DNA of 64,000 bases from Candidatus Limnocylindrales bacterium (GTDB taxonomy: Bacteria > Chloroflexota > Limnocylindria > Limnocylindrales > CSP1-4): NCBI GenBank assembly GCA_035693125.1, contig DASSHB010000134.1, positions 11,758 through 75,757 of the forward strand. The letters run 5' to 3'. Under the pieces are notes generated by a model. That model saw nothing but the letters and a program-made list of their open reading frames with translations, was not told the DNA's origin and ran no database searches. Position numbers and translations under genes: made by a program. Positions 1 to 9,816 of this stretch are shown one piece after another; positions within the stretch are counted from its first letter, which is position 1; each line of letters starts with the position of its first letter.

Positions 1-33
1 GCTCGGCGGCGTCGTCACGATGGTCATCAACTG

Positions 34-2001
34 ATGTCGTGGCTATGGCGCCGCGATCGACGCGGACGGCGGCGCGCCGATCACGGCCAGGTGCTCGTGA
101 TCTTCGCCCTGTCGATGGCCGCGATCTTCGCGGCCGCCGGCCTCGCCTTCGACATCGGCCGCTTCTACGCCGAACGTCGCTTCCTCCAGAACGCCGCCGA
201 CGCAGCCGCGTTGGCCGCAGCCAATGCGCTGATCCAGGGCCGGACCTCGGCCGAGGCCGACACGATCGCCCGGGCCGTTCTGTCATCCAACTTCCGCTCC
301 GCGCCCAACGGCGTCGTCCCGTCCCTGCCGCCCAGCACACCGCAGTACGAGAGCGGCCACGCCGGCGATCCGCTCTATCTGACGAACGGGATCCTCATGA
401 CCGGCACGGACGTTCGGGTCGCGGTCCAGAACTCGATCAACTATTCGTTCGGGCGCGCCGTCGGCCTGTCGGCGAGCATGATCCGCGGCCAGGCTCGCGC
501 GAAGTCCATCGGCTACGCCCTGCCGATCGCGGTCCGGCGCTACGTCAACTCACCGGGACCCGCGACGTCCAACAACGTCTATCCCTGCGCCGACGACGAG
601 ACCCAGTTCCTCGACTTCTTCGCCACCGCGAACACGGCCTGTCTGGGCACCGAGACCGACTCGTCGCTCCGCGTGGAGCCGAACGCCGGGAGCACCTTCG
701 ACAGCTCGAACCCGGGCAGCGACCCCGCCAACCACGGTCCGGTGATGGCCATCCTCGGCCAGGGCGCGCAGCCGGGGAACGGTGCCGACTTCCGCGGCTT
801 CATTGCGCTCGACATCCGGAACTTCCAGTCGAGCACCTCGCAGCTGTTCTACAACGGCGTGACCTCGGGCACCGGCTCGAACACGCTGAAGGCGATGGAG
901 TCCAACTGGATCACGGTGGGCGGCTACCCGGGCCCCCAGTTTCCGGCCGCGATCACGCCGCCGGACGCGAACGACCAGGTCGCGATCATGAGCGGCAACT
1001 CGACGGGCGCCGCGATCGACGCGGCGATGGACCGGTTCGGTCCCGGCGACGAGGTCCTCGTGGCCGTCTACCCCGGCGACGTCATGGCCATTCCCGACTT
1101 CGCCGTCGGCTCACCCGGCACGCTGGCGCTGCCGACGGACGGCCCAACCGCGACCGTCGGGTCGCTCAAGGTGAGCCGGAACCAGGCCTTCAGCGGACTG
1201 GTCACGCTGACGACGCTCCCCGACACCCTCGATCCCGGGAACCCGATGGTCCTCGGCACGCTGACCGGCACGGACCCGTTCACGTACACGCCGAACGGCG
1301 TCAATCCGAGCCTTGGCAACGGGACGTCGGTGGCGATCACGGATGCCACCACGGCCGGCGCAACGCCGGGCATCTACGCCCTGTGGATCCGTGGCCAGGC
1401 CGGTGCCCCGTACCTCACGACGAAGTACACGCCGATCACGATCCAGATCGGGACCGTCAGCCGCGACTTCGCCTTCACGTCTGATGCCTCTTCGCTGACC
1501 GCGACGAATGCCGGCGACAGCGTGACGTTCACCCTGACCCTCCAGAACTCCCCCGACAAGAACCGGAACTTCGGCAACCCGGTGACCCTGAGTGTGGATG
1601 GGCCGCTGCCGACCGGCGCGGGACCGATCACCTTCGGCTCCACGACCGTGACGCCGACCAAGGCCGGCGCCTCGACGACCCTGACGATCAACACGGGCAC
1701 GATGGCGGCCGGGGCATACCACTTCACGGTTCGTGCGACCGGCATGAACGGCGATTCCCCGAACCGCGAGGTCACCCACCTGATGGACCTGACCGTCCTG
1801 GATCAACCGGGCACGGCATCGGGTGGCGACGACTACGTGGACATCGTCGGGTTCGCCGTGATGCGGATCTCGAACATCCCGAGCGTCAAGTCCGACGCGT
1901 CCAACTCGATCTCGGCCTACGCGATCACGCCGATGATCACCGACCCCAACGACTCCCGGCTGCGCCGCGGTCAGGTGGCGAAGCTGGTGCCCTGGACCTA
2001 G
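34..2001 (+). CDS. TadG/TadE-like Flp-pilus assembly protein with long C-terminal beta-sandwich-like extension
   Basis: N-terminus has one TM helix followed by the Tad_N-like motif (VLVIFALSMAAIFAAAGLAFDIGRFYAERRFLQNAADAAALAAANAL). The ATG overlaps by 1 nt the TGA of an upstream frame that runs off the window. cpaB lies downstream. Confidence 0.7.
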   Translation: MSWLWRRDRRGRRRADHGQVLVIFALSMAAIFAAAGLAFDIGRFYAERRFLQNAADAAALAAANALIQGRTSAEADTIARAVLSSNFRSAPNGVVPSLPPSTPQYESGHAGDPLYLTNGILMTGTDVRVAVQNSINYSFGRAVGLSASMIRGQARAKSIGYALPIAVRRYVNSPGPATSNNVYPCADDETQFLDFFATANTACLGTETDSSLRVEPNAGSTFDSSNPGSDPANHGPVMAILGQGAQPGNGADFRGFIALDIRNFQSSTSQLFYNGVTSGTGSNTLKAMESNWITVGGYPGPQFPAAITPPDANDQVAIMSGNSTGAAIDAAMDRFGPGDEVLVAVYPGDVMAIPDFAVGSPGTLALPTDGPTATVGSLKVSRNQAFSGLVTLTTLPDTLDPGNPMVLGTLTGTDPFTYTPNGVNPSLGNGTSVAITDATTAGATPGIYALWIRGQAGAPYLTTKYTPITIQIGTVSRDFAFTSDASSLTATNAGDSVTFTLTLQNSPDKNRNFGNPVTLSVDGPLPTGAGPITFGSTTVTPTKAGASTTLTINTGTMAAGAYHFTVRATGMNGDSPNREVTHLMDLTVLDQPGTASGGDDYVDIVGFAVMRISNIPSVKSDASNSISAYAITPMITDPNDSRLRRGQVAKLVPWT

Positions 2002-2073
2002 CCGAGCGGGCACGGCACATCCGACAACCGGGGCGGCCAGCCGGCCGGCCCGCTCCCTGGGAGGCACACCACC

Positions 2074-2949
2074 GTGGAGATGGAATACCGCGACCCGAGC
2101 AAGCGTGGTCGCTGGATCGTGATCATCGGGGTCGTCCTGGCCCTGGCCGCGGGCGGCGCGGCGTTCTTCCTGATCAACCAGGCCCAGCAGCAGGCAGGCC
2201 AGGGCCAGCTCCAAACCACGGACGTCGTGGTCGCGACCCGGCCGATCCCCGCCCGCAAGCCGGTCGAGGCCGACGACGTGACCGTCCGCCAGATCCCGGT
2301 CGACGACACGAACGCGCCCGCGATCGCGGTCACGAAGCCCGACGACGTCGTGGGTCACGTGCTCGCCGTCACGGTCTTCCAGGGCCAGATGCTGACGACG
2401 AACATGCTCGCCTCGACGACGACCGGGGGCCAGTTCTCGATCCTCGAACCCGGCGAGACGGTCGGTCCCGACTCCGAGGCCTGGCGGGCCGTCGCGATGA
2501 CGGTCCCGGACGATCGAGCGGTCGGCGGCATGATCCAGTCCGGGATGAGCGTGGACGTCTTCCTGTCGGCCCAGGTGAACGTCCCGCAGGACCTGATCGA
2601 CCAGGGCAAGTACTACACGGACAAGTCGACGAAGATCACCTACCAGAACATGCTCGTCCTGGCCAAGACCGGCACGAGCTACATCATGAAGGCGACGCTC
2701 GCCCAGGCCGAGGAGATCACCCACCTCGTGGCCACGGGCAACGCCCAGTTCAGCATGGTGATGCGGCCCGAGGCCGACGTGCGCGTCGCCGACGCGAGCA
2801 AGCTCGGCGAGACGACCAACGTGATCATCTCGCGCTACGGCCTGCCGATCCCGCAGAACTATCCCGCGACGGACGTGCCGGTCCGGACCGCGAGCCCGAG
2901 CACCAGCCCGGAGCCGTCCGCCAGCCCGTCGCCGAGCGCGGCGCCGTAG
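2074..2949 (+). CDS. cpaB: Flp pilus assembly protein CpaB/RcpC (SAF domain)
   Basis: N-terminal TM helix, then a SAF-like segment (VVVATRPIPARKPVEADDVTVRQIPVDD). GGAGG lies 9 nt before the GTG start. The C-terminus is a Pro/Ser-rich tail. Confidence 0.75.
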   Translation: MEMEYRDPSKRGRWIVIIGVVLALAAGGAAFFLINQAQQQAGQGQLQTTDVVVATRPIPARKPVEADDVTVRQIPVDDTNAPAIAVTKPDDVVGHVLAVTVFQGQMLTTNMLASTTTGGQFSILEPGETVGPDSEAWRAVAMTVPDDRAVGGMIQSGMSVDVFLSAQVNVPQDLIDQGKYYTDKSTKITYQNMLVLAKTGTSYIMKATLAQAEEITHLVATGNAQFSMVMRPEADVRVADASKLGETTNVIISRYGLPIPQNYPATDVPVRTASPSTSPEPSASPSPSAAP

Positions 2950-2987
2950 TCGCCGGCCCACCCTCGACCCCACCCGCCGCGTCGGGA

Positions 2988-3006
2988 ACCCCGTTCGCGA
3001 CGGGGT
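2988..3006 (+). terminator. Stem-loop 39 nt after the cpaB stop (7-bp stem accccgt/acggggt, 5-nt loop), no U-tract
   Basis: Inverted repeat read directly from the sequence. Its position downstream of cpaB fits a terminator. Confidence 0.35.
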
Positions 3007-3045
3007 CCGCCACGCCTTCGCGCCGCTGACCCGGCGCGGCCTCCC

Positions 3046-3079
3046 GGCCGCCCGACCTGCCCCCGCAGGTCGGGCGGCC
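3046..3079. terminator. Strong bidirectional hairpin between convergent cpaB and coaE
   Basis: Perfect 15-bp stem ggccgcccgacctgc / gcaggtcgggcggcc with a 4-nt loop (cccc). It ends 4 nt from the coaE stop. Confidence 0.6.
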
Positions 3080-3082
3080 ACC

Positions 3083-3691
3083 TCATGTCGGAAGACCCTC
3101 CGTGGCCGCGGCCCAGGCCGCCGCGGTCCTCGACCGCGCATCGTCGAGCGGCCCGGACGTGTCGATCACGCGGGTCGCCACCGGCCGGACCCGCTCCACG
3201 AGCCCGGCCTGGGCCGCGATCCGGCGGTCCGCGTCGGGGGCGTCGAGTCCGCGATCGATCACCCGCTCGCGCTGGGTCGGCACCGCGCAGGTCACGAGCC
3301 AGACCTCGTCGCAGAGCGCGGCGAGCCCGCCCTCGACGAGCTTGATCGCCTCGACGACGACGGCCGGGGCGCTAGCCGCCCGCGCCTCGTCGATCGCCGC
3401 CAGGATCCGCGTCCGGACGAGCGGGTGGAGGATCGCCTCGAGCCGGCGCAGCGCCTCGGGATCCCGGAAGACGATCCGGGCGAGCGCCGCCCGATCGAGC
3501 GTCCCCCCGTCGACCCGGACGTCCGCCCCGAACACCGCGAGGACCGCGTCATGGCCGGGCTCGCCGGGGGCGGAGACGGCCCGGGCCACCTCATCGGCAT
3601 CGATCACGACCGCGCCGCGCGCCGCGAGCCAGCCCGCGACGGTCGACTTGCCGCAGCCGATCGGCCCGGTCAGACCGATCGTTATCGTCAC
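3083..3691 (-). CDS. coaE: Dephospho-CoA kinase
   Basis: The protein begins VTITIGLTGPIGCGKSTVAGWLAARGAVVIDADEV (P-loop), typical of CoaE. The GTG at 3691 overlaps the upstream gene's stop (GTGA). The 165-aa Arg/Gly-rich N-terminal extension in track ORF 3083..4186 is rejected. Confidence 0.85.
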   Translation of the reverse strand: MTITIGLTGPIGCGKSTVAGWLAARGAVVIDADEVARAVSAPGEPGHDAVLAVFGADVRVDGGTLDRAALARIVFRDPEALRRLEAILHPLVRTRILAAIDEARAASAPAVVVEAIKLVEGGLAALCDEVWLVTCAVPTQRERVIDRGLDAPDADRRIAAQAGLVERVRPVATRVIDTSGPLDDARSRTAAAWAAATEGLPT

Positions 3692-5760
3692 GGGGCGCGC
3701 TCCTCGAGCTCGAGCCAGAGGTCCTCGGCCGCGGCCAGCGCCCCCTCGACGTCGGCCAGCTCGCTCGTGACCCGGCGCATCTCGACGAAGTTCGCCGCAA
3801 TCGCGGGCGAGCCCATCGACAGCTCGAGCTGGGTCTTGCGCAACCCCAGGCGTGTCAGCTCGGCGTCGAGCGCGGCGCGCTGCCGGCGGTAGGCGTCCTT
3901 CGAGAGCCGCTCCCGGCGGGGTGTCGCCGCCGTCGAGCGACCGGCCGCCCGGCCCGTGCCCGCGGGCGCGATCGCCGCCGTGCCGGCCCCGCGCCGGTCG
4001 GCCACCTCGGCGACCGCTCCGGCGCCCGTCCGCCCGTTGCCGCCCGGAACGATCGGTGCCGGCGGCCGCAACCGGACCGCCTCGCGCTCCGCCGCCGCGG
4101 TCGTCGTCCAGCCGGCCGCCACGGCCGCCCGCCACTCGCGCCAACCGCCGTCGAAGGGCACCGCGAGCCCATCGTCGACGACCCACAGCTTCGTGCAGAC
4201 CGTCTCGAGCAGCCGCCGGTCGTGGGACACGACGAGGAGCGTCGCCGGCGACTCGACGAGGAACCGCTCGATCGCCTCGCGGGCGGGGATGTCGAGATGG
4301 TTGGTGGGCTCGTCGAGCAGGAGCAGGTTCGAGGGCATGATCCCGAGGAGCGCCAGCTCGAGCCGCGAGCGCTCGCCACCGGACAGCGTCCGGACCTCCT
4401 TGAAGACGTCGTCGCCGCGGAACAGGAAGCGGGCGAGGAACCCGCGCGCCTCGCCCGTCGTGACGGGGATCGCCTCGAGCAACGCGTCGAGGACGGTGGC
4501 GCCGGGGATCGCCGCGCCACGCAGCTGGGCGAGGTAACCGGGCTGGACGGCGTTCCCGAAGCGGACCGCTCCGTCGAGCGGCGGCAGGTCGCCCGCGATC
4601 GTCCGGAGCAAGGTCGTCTTGCCCGCCCCGTTCGGCCCGACGATCCCCACGCGTTCGCCCCGCTGGGCCGCGAGGAATGGCGCCCGGGCGACCTCGCGCG
4701 GTTCGCGAGCCGGCGCTCCGGATGCGTCGACGGCGCCGCGGCCCGGCAGGTACCCCACGACGAGCTGCTCCGTCCGGACCACGATCTCGCCCGACCGGGC
4801 CGGGCCGCCGCCGGCGAGCGCCCCCGCGGGGAGGGTCAGCCTGCGGGCGGACTTCGGCGCCTCGACCCGCTCGGCCTGGAGCCGCTCGAGGCGGGCCTCG
4901 TGCTCGTGCATCTTCGCGAACTTGCGGTGCGACCGGTAGCGCTGGACGAGCTCCTTCTCGCGCTCGATGGACTCGACGTGCGTCTCGGCGTCCTTCTCGG
5001 CACGGACGTCACGCTCGACCCGCTGGCGGTGGTACGCGCTGTAGTCGCCACGGAACGCGGTCAGGCGCCGATCGCGCAGCTCCCAGATCCGGGTGACGGT
5101 CGCGTCGAGGAAGGCACGGTCGTGGGATGCGACGAGGAGCGCGCCGTGACGCCGTCGGAGATGCTCCTCGAGCCACTCGATCGCGCCGATGTCGAGATGG
5201 TTCGTGGGCTCGTCGAGGAGGAGCAGATCGGGCTGCGCGATCACGAGCCGAGCGAGCGTCGCCCGGGTCTGCTCGCCGCCGGACAGCGCGGTGGGTGGCT
5301 TCGCCCACTCGTCGCGGCCGAAGCCCAGCCCGGACAGCGCCTCGTCCACGCGCTGGTCGAGGGTGTAGCCGCCGAGCAGCTCGAACTGGTGCTGGAGGTC
5401 GGCATAGGCGGGATCTTCCACGCGGCCCTCGCGTTCGAATGCCGCGAGCGACGCCGCCATCGCCTCGAGGTGGCCGGCTCCGTGGCGGACGGCTGCCCGG
5501 AGGTCCGGTGCGGCCATGAACGCCTCGTCGAAATGCGACTCCTGGGCGAGCAACCCGATCGACAGGCCCCGCTTGCGATGGACGGCGCCGCCGTCCGGCT
5601 CGTCGCGCCCGGCGGCCAGGCGCAGGAGGGTCGTCTTGCCGGCTCCGTTCGGCCCGACGAGACCGATCCGGTCGTCGACCGCGATCGCCGCGGAGATGTC
5701 GTCGAGGATGACGAACGTCCCGACCTCACGGCGCAGGCGTTCGACCCGCAGGATCGACAC
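3688..5760 (-). CDS. ABC-F family ATPase (two ABC domains, charged linker, Uup-like C-terminal coiled coil)
   Basis: Two Walker A sites (GLVGPNGAGKTT and GIVGPNGAGKTT) and two LSGGE signatures. No TM segments. The C-terminus looks like a coiled coil. Confidence 0.85.
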   Translation of the reverse strand: MSILRVERLRREVGTFVILDDISAAIAVDDRIGLVGPNGAGKTTLLRLAAGRDEPDGGAVHRKRGLSIGLLAQESHFDEAFMAAPDLRAAVRHGAGHLEAMAASLAAFEREGRVEDPAYADLQHQFELLGGYTLDQRVDEALSGLGFGRDEWAKPPTALSGGEQTRATLARLVIAQPDLLLLDEPTNHLDIGAIEWLEEHLRRRHGALLVASHDRAFLDATVTRIWELRDRRLTAFRGDYSAYHRQRVERDVRAEKDAETHVESIEREKELVQRYRSHRKFAKMHEHEARLERLQAERVEAPKSARRLTLPAGALAGGGPARSGEIVVRTEQLVVGYLPGRGAVDASGAPAREPREVARAPFLAAQRGERVGIVGPNGAGKTTLLRTIAGDLPPLDGAVRFGNAVQPGYLAQLRGAAIPGATVLDALLEAIPVTTGEARGFLARFLFRGDDVFKEVRTLSGGERSRLELALLGIMPSNLLLLDEPTNHLDIPAREAIERFLVESPATLLVVSHDRRLLETVCTKLWVVDDGLAVPFDGGWREWRAAVAAGWTTTAAAEREAVRLRPPAPIVPGGNGRTGAGAVAEVADRRGAGTAAIAPAGTGRAAGRSTAATPRRERLSKDAYRRQRAALDAELTRLGLRKTQLELSMGSPAIAANFVEMRRVTSELADVEGALAAAEDLWLELEERAP

Positions 5761-5763
5761 GAC

Positions 5764-6801
5764 TCAGCCGCCGACCGAGGCGCGCGCCGCCGCGCGTCGG
5801 GTCGCCGCCGCCCGCCGGGTCCGCTCGGCGCGCGATCCGGCGCGCGGGCGCTCGGCCGGCCCGTCACCGGCGGGTCCGACGCTCCCCTCCCCGCCGGACA
5901 GCTCGGTCCAGCGCCGGCCCTTGCGGCGCGGCTCAGCGCCCGTCATCGTCCGGAGGATCGCTCGGGCGCCCGCATGGTCGCCCGCCGGCAGCCGCTGGCA
6001 CCAGGAGCAGAAGTGGGTCGCCCGCGCGCCGACGACGATCCGCTTGATCGGGTGGCCGCAGCGGCGGCATGGCTCGCCGGTCCGCTGGTAGACCTGCAGG
6101 TGATCCTGCATCTCGCCGTCGCCATCGGGCGCCGTGTAGTCGTCGATCGACGAGCCGCGCCGGATCACGGCCTCCGCGAGGATCCGCCGGATCTCCGTCC
6201 ACAGCCGCCGCTCGTCGGCGGGCCGGAGGGTGCGCGCGGTCCGGAGCGGATGGAGGCGCGCCGCCCAGAGCGCCTCGTCCGCGTAGATGTTGCCGACGCC
6301 GGCGACGAACGTCTGGTCGAGGAGGAGCGGCTTCAGGCGCCCCTTCCGGGCGCGGATCCGGCGCCGGAAGACGCGAACCGTGAACGCGTCGGCCAGCGGC
6401 TCCGGTCCGATCTTCTCGAAGGGATCGGCCGCGTCGGGCAGATAGAGCCCGATCTTGCCGAACTTCCGGATGTCGCGGAACCGGATCTCGCGGCCGTCCT
6501 CCAGGCTGATCACCAGCCGGACGTAGGGGTCCTCGCGGCCGCCCTGGGGGACCACGAACAGCTGACCCGTCATCTTCAGGTGGATCGTCAGGAACGCGCC
6601 GCCGGACAGGTCCACGACGAGCTGCTTCGCCCGCCGCCCGACCGCCTCGATGCGGCGCCCGGCGACGCCGTCCGCGAAGGTCTCCGGGTCGATGCCGCGC
6701 AGGGTCCGGTTCCAGAACGTGGTGGCGTCGACGATCGTCGACCCAACGATCAGCCCGCGCAGGTCGCGGGCGACGGTTTCGACCTCGGGCAGCTCCGGCA
6801 T
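5764..6801 (-). CDS. mutM: Formamidopyrimidine-DNA glycosylase with ~76-aa basic C-terminal tail
   Basis: N-terminal MPELPEVETV (catalytic Pro2/Glu3). Zinc finger CRRCGHPIKRIVVGARATHFCSWCQ. Confidence 0.9.
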   Translation of the reverse strand: MPELPEVETVARDLRGLIVGSTIVDATTFWNRTLRGIDPETFADGVAGRRIEAVGRRAKQLVVDLSGGAFLTIHLKMTGQLFVVPQGGREDPYVRLVISLEDGREIRFRDIRKFGKIGLYLPDAADPFEKIGPEPLADAFTVRVFRRRIRARKGRLKPLLLDQTFVAGVGNIYADEALWAARLHPLRTARTLRPADERRLWTEIRRILAEAVIRRGSSIDDYTAPDGDGEMQDHLQVYQRTGEPCRRCGHPIKRIVVGARATHFCSWCQRLPAGDHAGARAILRTMTGAEPRRKGRRWTELSGGEGSVGPAGDGPAERPRAGSRAERTRRAAATRRAAARASVGG

Positions 6802-6817
6802 GCTGGCCGCTCCGCGC

Positions 6818-9763
6818 CTACGACGCGAGCGGGGCGAGCGGCGCCTCTTCGGGCTCCTCGCCGAGCTCGGCCGCGATCGCGTCCGCGCGGGTCAGGGGGG
6901 TCATCCCCTCCCAGTCGTCGCCGACCTTGACGTCGACCGTGAGCGGGACCGAGAGGGGCAGCGCGCCCTCCATCGTGTCGCGGACCACGGCGGCCAGCGC
7001 CTCGACCTCGTCGCGTGGCGTCTCGAACAGGAGCTCGTCGTGGACGCTCAGGAGCAGCCGCGCGCCGAGGCCGGACGCGCGCACCCGTTCGTCGGCCCGG
7101 ATCATCGCGATCTTCTGGATGTCGGCCGCCGTCCCCTGGATCGGCATGTTGATCGCCATCCGCTCGCCGGCCCCGCGGAGCGCCGGGTTCGAGGCCCGCA
7201 GCTCGGGGATCTGGCGTTTCCGGCCCAGGAGCGTCTCCACCCAGCCCTGGCTCTTCGCCTGCTCCTTGATCGCCATCATGTAATAGCTGATCCCCGAGTA
7301 GGCCGCGAAGTACGAGTTGATGAACTCTTGGGCCTCCTTGCGCGGGATGTTCGCCCGCGAGGCGAGCCCGAAGTCGCTCATCCCGTAGGCCAGCCCGAAG
7401 TTGACCATCTTCGCCATCGAGCGCTCGCCATGGCTGATGTCCGCGGGATCCTTGTGGAGCACCCGCGCCGCCGTCTCGCGGTGGATGTCGGCGTTCCGCG
7501 CGAACGCGTCCTTCAGGTGCTCGTCGCCCGAGACGTGGGCGAGGATCCGCAGCTCGATCTGCGAGTAGTCGGCGGCGAGGAGCGTCTTCGCCGGGTCGCC
7601 GGCCACGAACGCGCGCCGGATCCGCCGGCCGAGCGTCGTGCGGATCGGGATGTTCTGGAGGTTCGGGTCGCTCGACGAGAGCCGGCCGGTCGCCGCCACG
7701 GCCTGGTGGAACGTCGTGTGGAGCCGGCCGTCGGCGTCGGCGATCAGCGCCGGCAGGGCGTCGACGTAGGTCGAGCGGAGCTTCGTGTAGACCCGCCATT
7801 CGAGGAGCTTGTCGACCATCGGGTGAGCGGGCCGGAGCTCCTCCAGGACCGACGCATCCGTCGAGTATCCGGTCTTCGTCCGGCGGCCCTTCGGCAGGTT
7901 CAGCTCGAAGAACAGGATCTGCTCGAGCTGCTTGGGGCTGCCGAGGTTGAACTCGTGGCCGACGTCGCGGTAGATCTCCCCCTCCAGGCGCGAGATCTCG
8001 GCACCGAACTCGGTCGCCAGGCCCGCCAGCGCCTCTCGATCCAGGGCGACGCCGACCGCCTCCATCCGGGCGAGGACGGGCAGCAGCGGCAGCTCGATGT
8101 CCCGGAACAGGCGGTCGAGCCCGACCTCGCCAAGGCGCCGCTCGAGCGGCTCGCGGACGGCGAGCGCCGACAGCGCCTCGATCCCGGCCCGGGCCGTGGC
8201 GGGGAGCTCGGTCGCGGGTGGGAGGATCTGGTCGAGGTTCTCGGCGACGACGTCGGCGATCGTCTGGCTGCGCAGCGCGGCGTTCAGGACGTACGCCGCG
8301 ATCTGCGTGTCGAACGCCACCGGCGTGGGCGCCGCGTTCAGGTCGTCGCCGAACCGGGCGACGAGGATCGGCTTGATCTCGTGGCCGACGAGCGGCACGC
8401 CGGAGCGCTCGACGAGCCGGCGGAGCAGCGCGGCTGCCTCGGGGCCATCGGCGGCGACGACCCGCCCATCCGTGCCCGCGACCGCAAGCGCGAGGGCGGT
8501 CCCCCGGCGGGGTCGCGGATCGTCGGCGACGAGGGACGCACCGAGCGCCGGCTGGGCGGCGATCCACTCGGCCAGCTCATCGATCTGGTCCGCACCGCGA
8601 ACCTCGATCCGGCCCGGATCGACGATCGCCTGGGCGAGGGCCGTCGGCAGGTCGCCGGCCGGCTGGAAGGCCCGCGCGGTGCCGCCGTCCCGCGTGCCGT
8701 CGGCCGCGGCCGCTGCGCCGCCGGTCACCGCCGCGAAGTCGAGCCGCAGCTGGAGCTCGCCCGTGTCGGGGCGGGCGGGCATCCGGGAAGCGCCCCAGCC
8801 GTCCGGTCGCCCGGCGACGCGCGCCGCCGGCACGTATCCGCTCTCCGCGACCGTGCGCAGCGCGTCCGTCCGTTCCTCGGCGGACTCGCCGCCCATCGCC
8901 GGCAGCCGCTCGATCAGCGTCCGGAACTCGTACTCGCGGAACAGCCGGACGACCGTGTCGCGGTCGTAGTCGCCGAGTCGCGCCGCCTCCAGGTCGATCC
9001 GGACCGGCAGGTCGCGGACGATCCGTGACAGCTCGCGGCCCATGAGGATCTGGTCGATGTGCTCGCGGAGCTTGTCACCGAGCTTCGTCGGGGAGACGTC
9101 GTCGAGCCGCCCCAGCAGCGCATCGAGCGTCCCGAAGTCGCGGATGAGCTTCGCGGCGGTCTTCTCGCCGACCCCCGGGACGCCCGGGATATTGTCGGTC
9201 GGATCGCCCTTCAGGGCCTTGTAGTCGACCATCTGATCCGGCCGCAGCCCGAACCGCTCGTCGATCTTCGCGACGTCGTACATCACCGTGTTCTCGACAC
9301 CCGAGCGGGTCGTCATCAGCCGGACCCGCGGGCTCACGAGCTGGAGCATGTCGAGGTCGACGGTCACGATCGTCGTCTCGAGATCCGCCAACGGGTCGAG
9401 CTGCTGGGTGATCGTGCCGATCACGTCGTCGGCTTCGTAGCCGGCCATCTCGTAGACCGGGAAGCGGAGGGCCTTGACGATCTCGCGCACCTTCGGGAAC
9501 TGGTCGCGGAGGTCGTCCGGCATCTTCGTCCGGGTCGCCTTGTAGTCCGCGTACTGCTCGTGACGGAAGGTTGGGCCAGGCAGGTCGAACGACACCGCGA
9601 CATAGTCGGGTTGGAGGTCCTGGATGCCGCGCAGGACGATGCTCGCGAAGCCGAAGGCACCGTTCACGAGATCGCCCTTCGACGTCGTCAGGGGCGGGAG
9701 CGCGAAGTAGCCGCGGTAGACGAGCCCGTAGCCGTCGAGCAGCATCAGGCGTTCGGTGGGCAC
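6818..9763 (-). CDS. polA: DNA polymerase I
   Basis: 5' nuclease N-terminus (LLDGYGLVYRGYFA). Polymerase motifs DYSQIELRILAH, RSMAKMVNFGLAYGMS and LSVHDEL. Confidence 0.95.
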   Translation of the reverse strand: MPTERLMLLDGYGLVYRGYFALPPLTTSKGDLVNGAFGFASIVLRGIQDLQPDYVAVSFDLPGPTFRHEQYADYKATRTKMPDDLRDQFPKVREIVKALRFPVYEMAGYEADDVIGTITQQLDPLADLETTIVTVDLDMLQLVSPRVRLMTTRSGVENTVMYDVAKIDERFGLRPDQMVDYKALKGDPTDNIPGVPGVGEKTAAKLIRDFGTLDALLGRLDDVSPTKLGDKLREHIDQILMGRELSRIVRDLPVRIDLEAARLGDYDRDTVVRLFREYEFRTLIERLPAMGGESAEERTDALRTVAESGYVPAARVAGRPDGWGASRMPARPDTGELQLRLDFAAVTGGAAAAADGTRDGGTARAFQPAGDLPTALAQAIVDPGRIEVRGADQIDELAEWIAAQPALGASLVADDPRPRRGTALALAVAGTDGRVVAADGPEAAALLRRLVERSGVPLVGHEIKPILVARFGDDLNAAPTPVAFDTQIAAYVLNAALRSQTIADVVAENLDQILPPATELPATARAGIEALSALAVREPLERRLGEVGLDRLFRDIELPLLPVLARMEAVGVALDREALAGLATEFGAEISRLEGEIYRDVGHEFNLGSPKQLEQILFFELNLPKGRRTKTGYSTDASVLEELRPAHPMVDKLLEWRVYTKLRSTYVDALPALIADADGRLHTTFHQAVAATGRLSSSDPNLQNIPIRTTLGRRIRRAFVAGDPAKTLLAADYSQIELRILAHVSGDEHLKDAFARNADIHRETAARVLHKDPADISHGERSMAKMVNFGLAYGMSDFGLASRANIPRKEAQEFINSYFAAYSGISYYMMAIKEQAKSQGWVETLLGRKRQIPELRASNPALRGAGERMAINMPIQGTAADIQKIAMIRADERVRASGLGARLLLSVHDELLFETPRDEVEALAAVVRDTMEGALPLSVPLTVDVKVGDDWEGMTPLTRADAIAAELGEEPEEAPLAPLAS

Positions 9764-9816
9764 GATGCGAGTGTACCCGCGGCCTCCCGCCAGCCGCCGT
9801 CATGAACCCCGGGTGG

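Noticed and set aside
3692-4186. N-terminal over-extensions of track ORFs. Examples are coaE (3083..4186), the HK (12459..15164), 11430..12350 across the tRNA, the BMP gene from 24134, permeases from 28203/37512/38663, GH116 from 39424, xylB from 55681 and the aminotransferase to 16657.
   Set aside because: The extra N-terminal parts are Arg/Gly/Pro-rich and overlap upstream genes or a tRNA. Internal starts with SD sequences or 4-nt stop/start overlaps give proteins of canonical length and canonical N-terminus.
4222-6930. 902-aa ORF on the + strand. Similar very long antisense ORFs occur at 6650..9028 (+), 18825..21500 (+, the part before the zincin gene), 24473..27259 (-), 28659..30800 (-), 39766..42528 (-), 43138..45522 (+), 45706..48849 (+), 1111..3141 (-), 17430..18743 (+) and 36589..37842 (-).
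   Set aside because: Each lies antisense to, or out of frame with, a gene that has clear family motifs. All are Arg/Asp/Gly/Pro-rich with no recognisable domains. These are typical shadow ORFs of very GC-rich DNA, where stop codons are rare.
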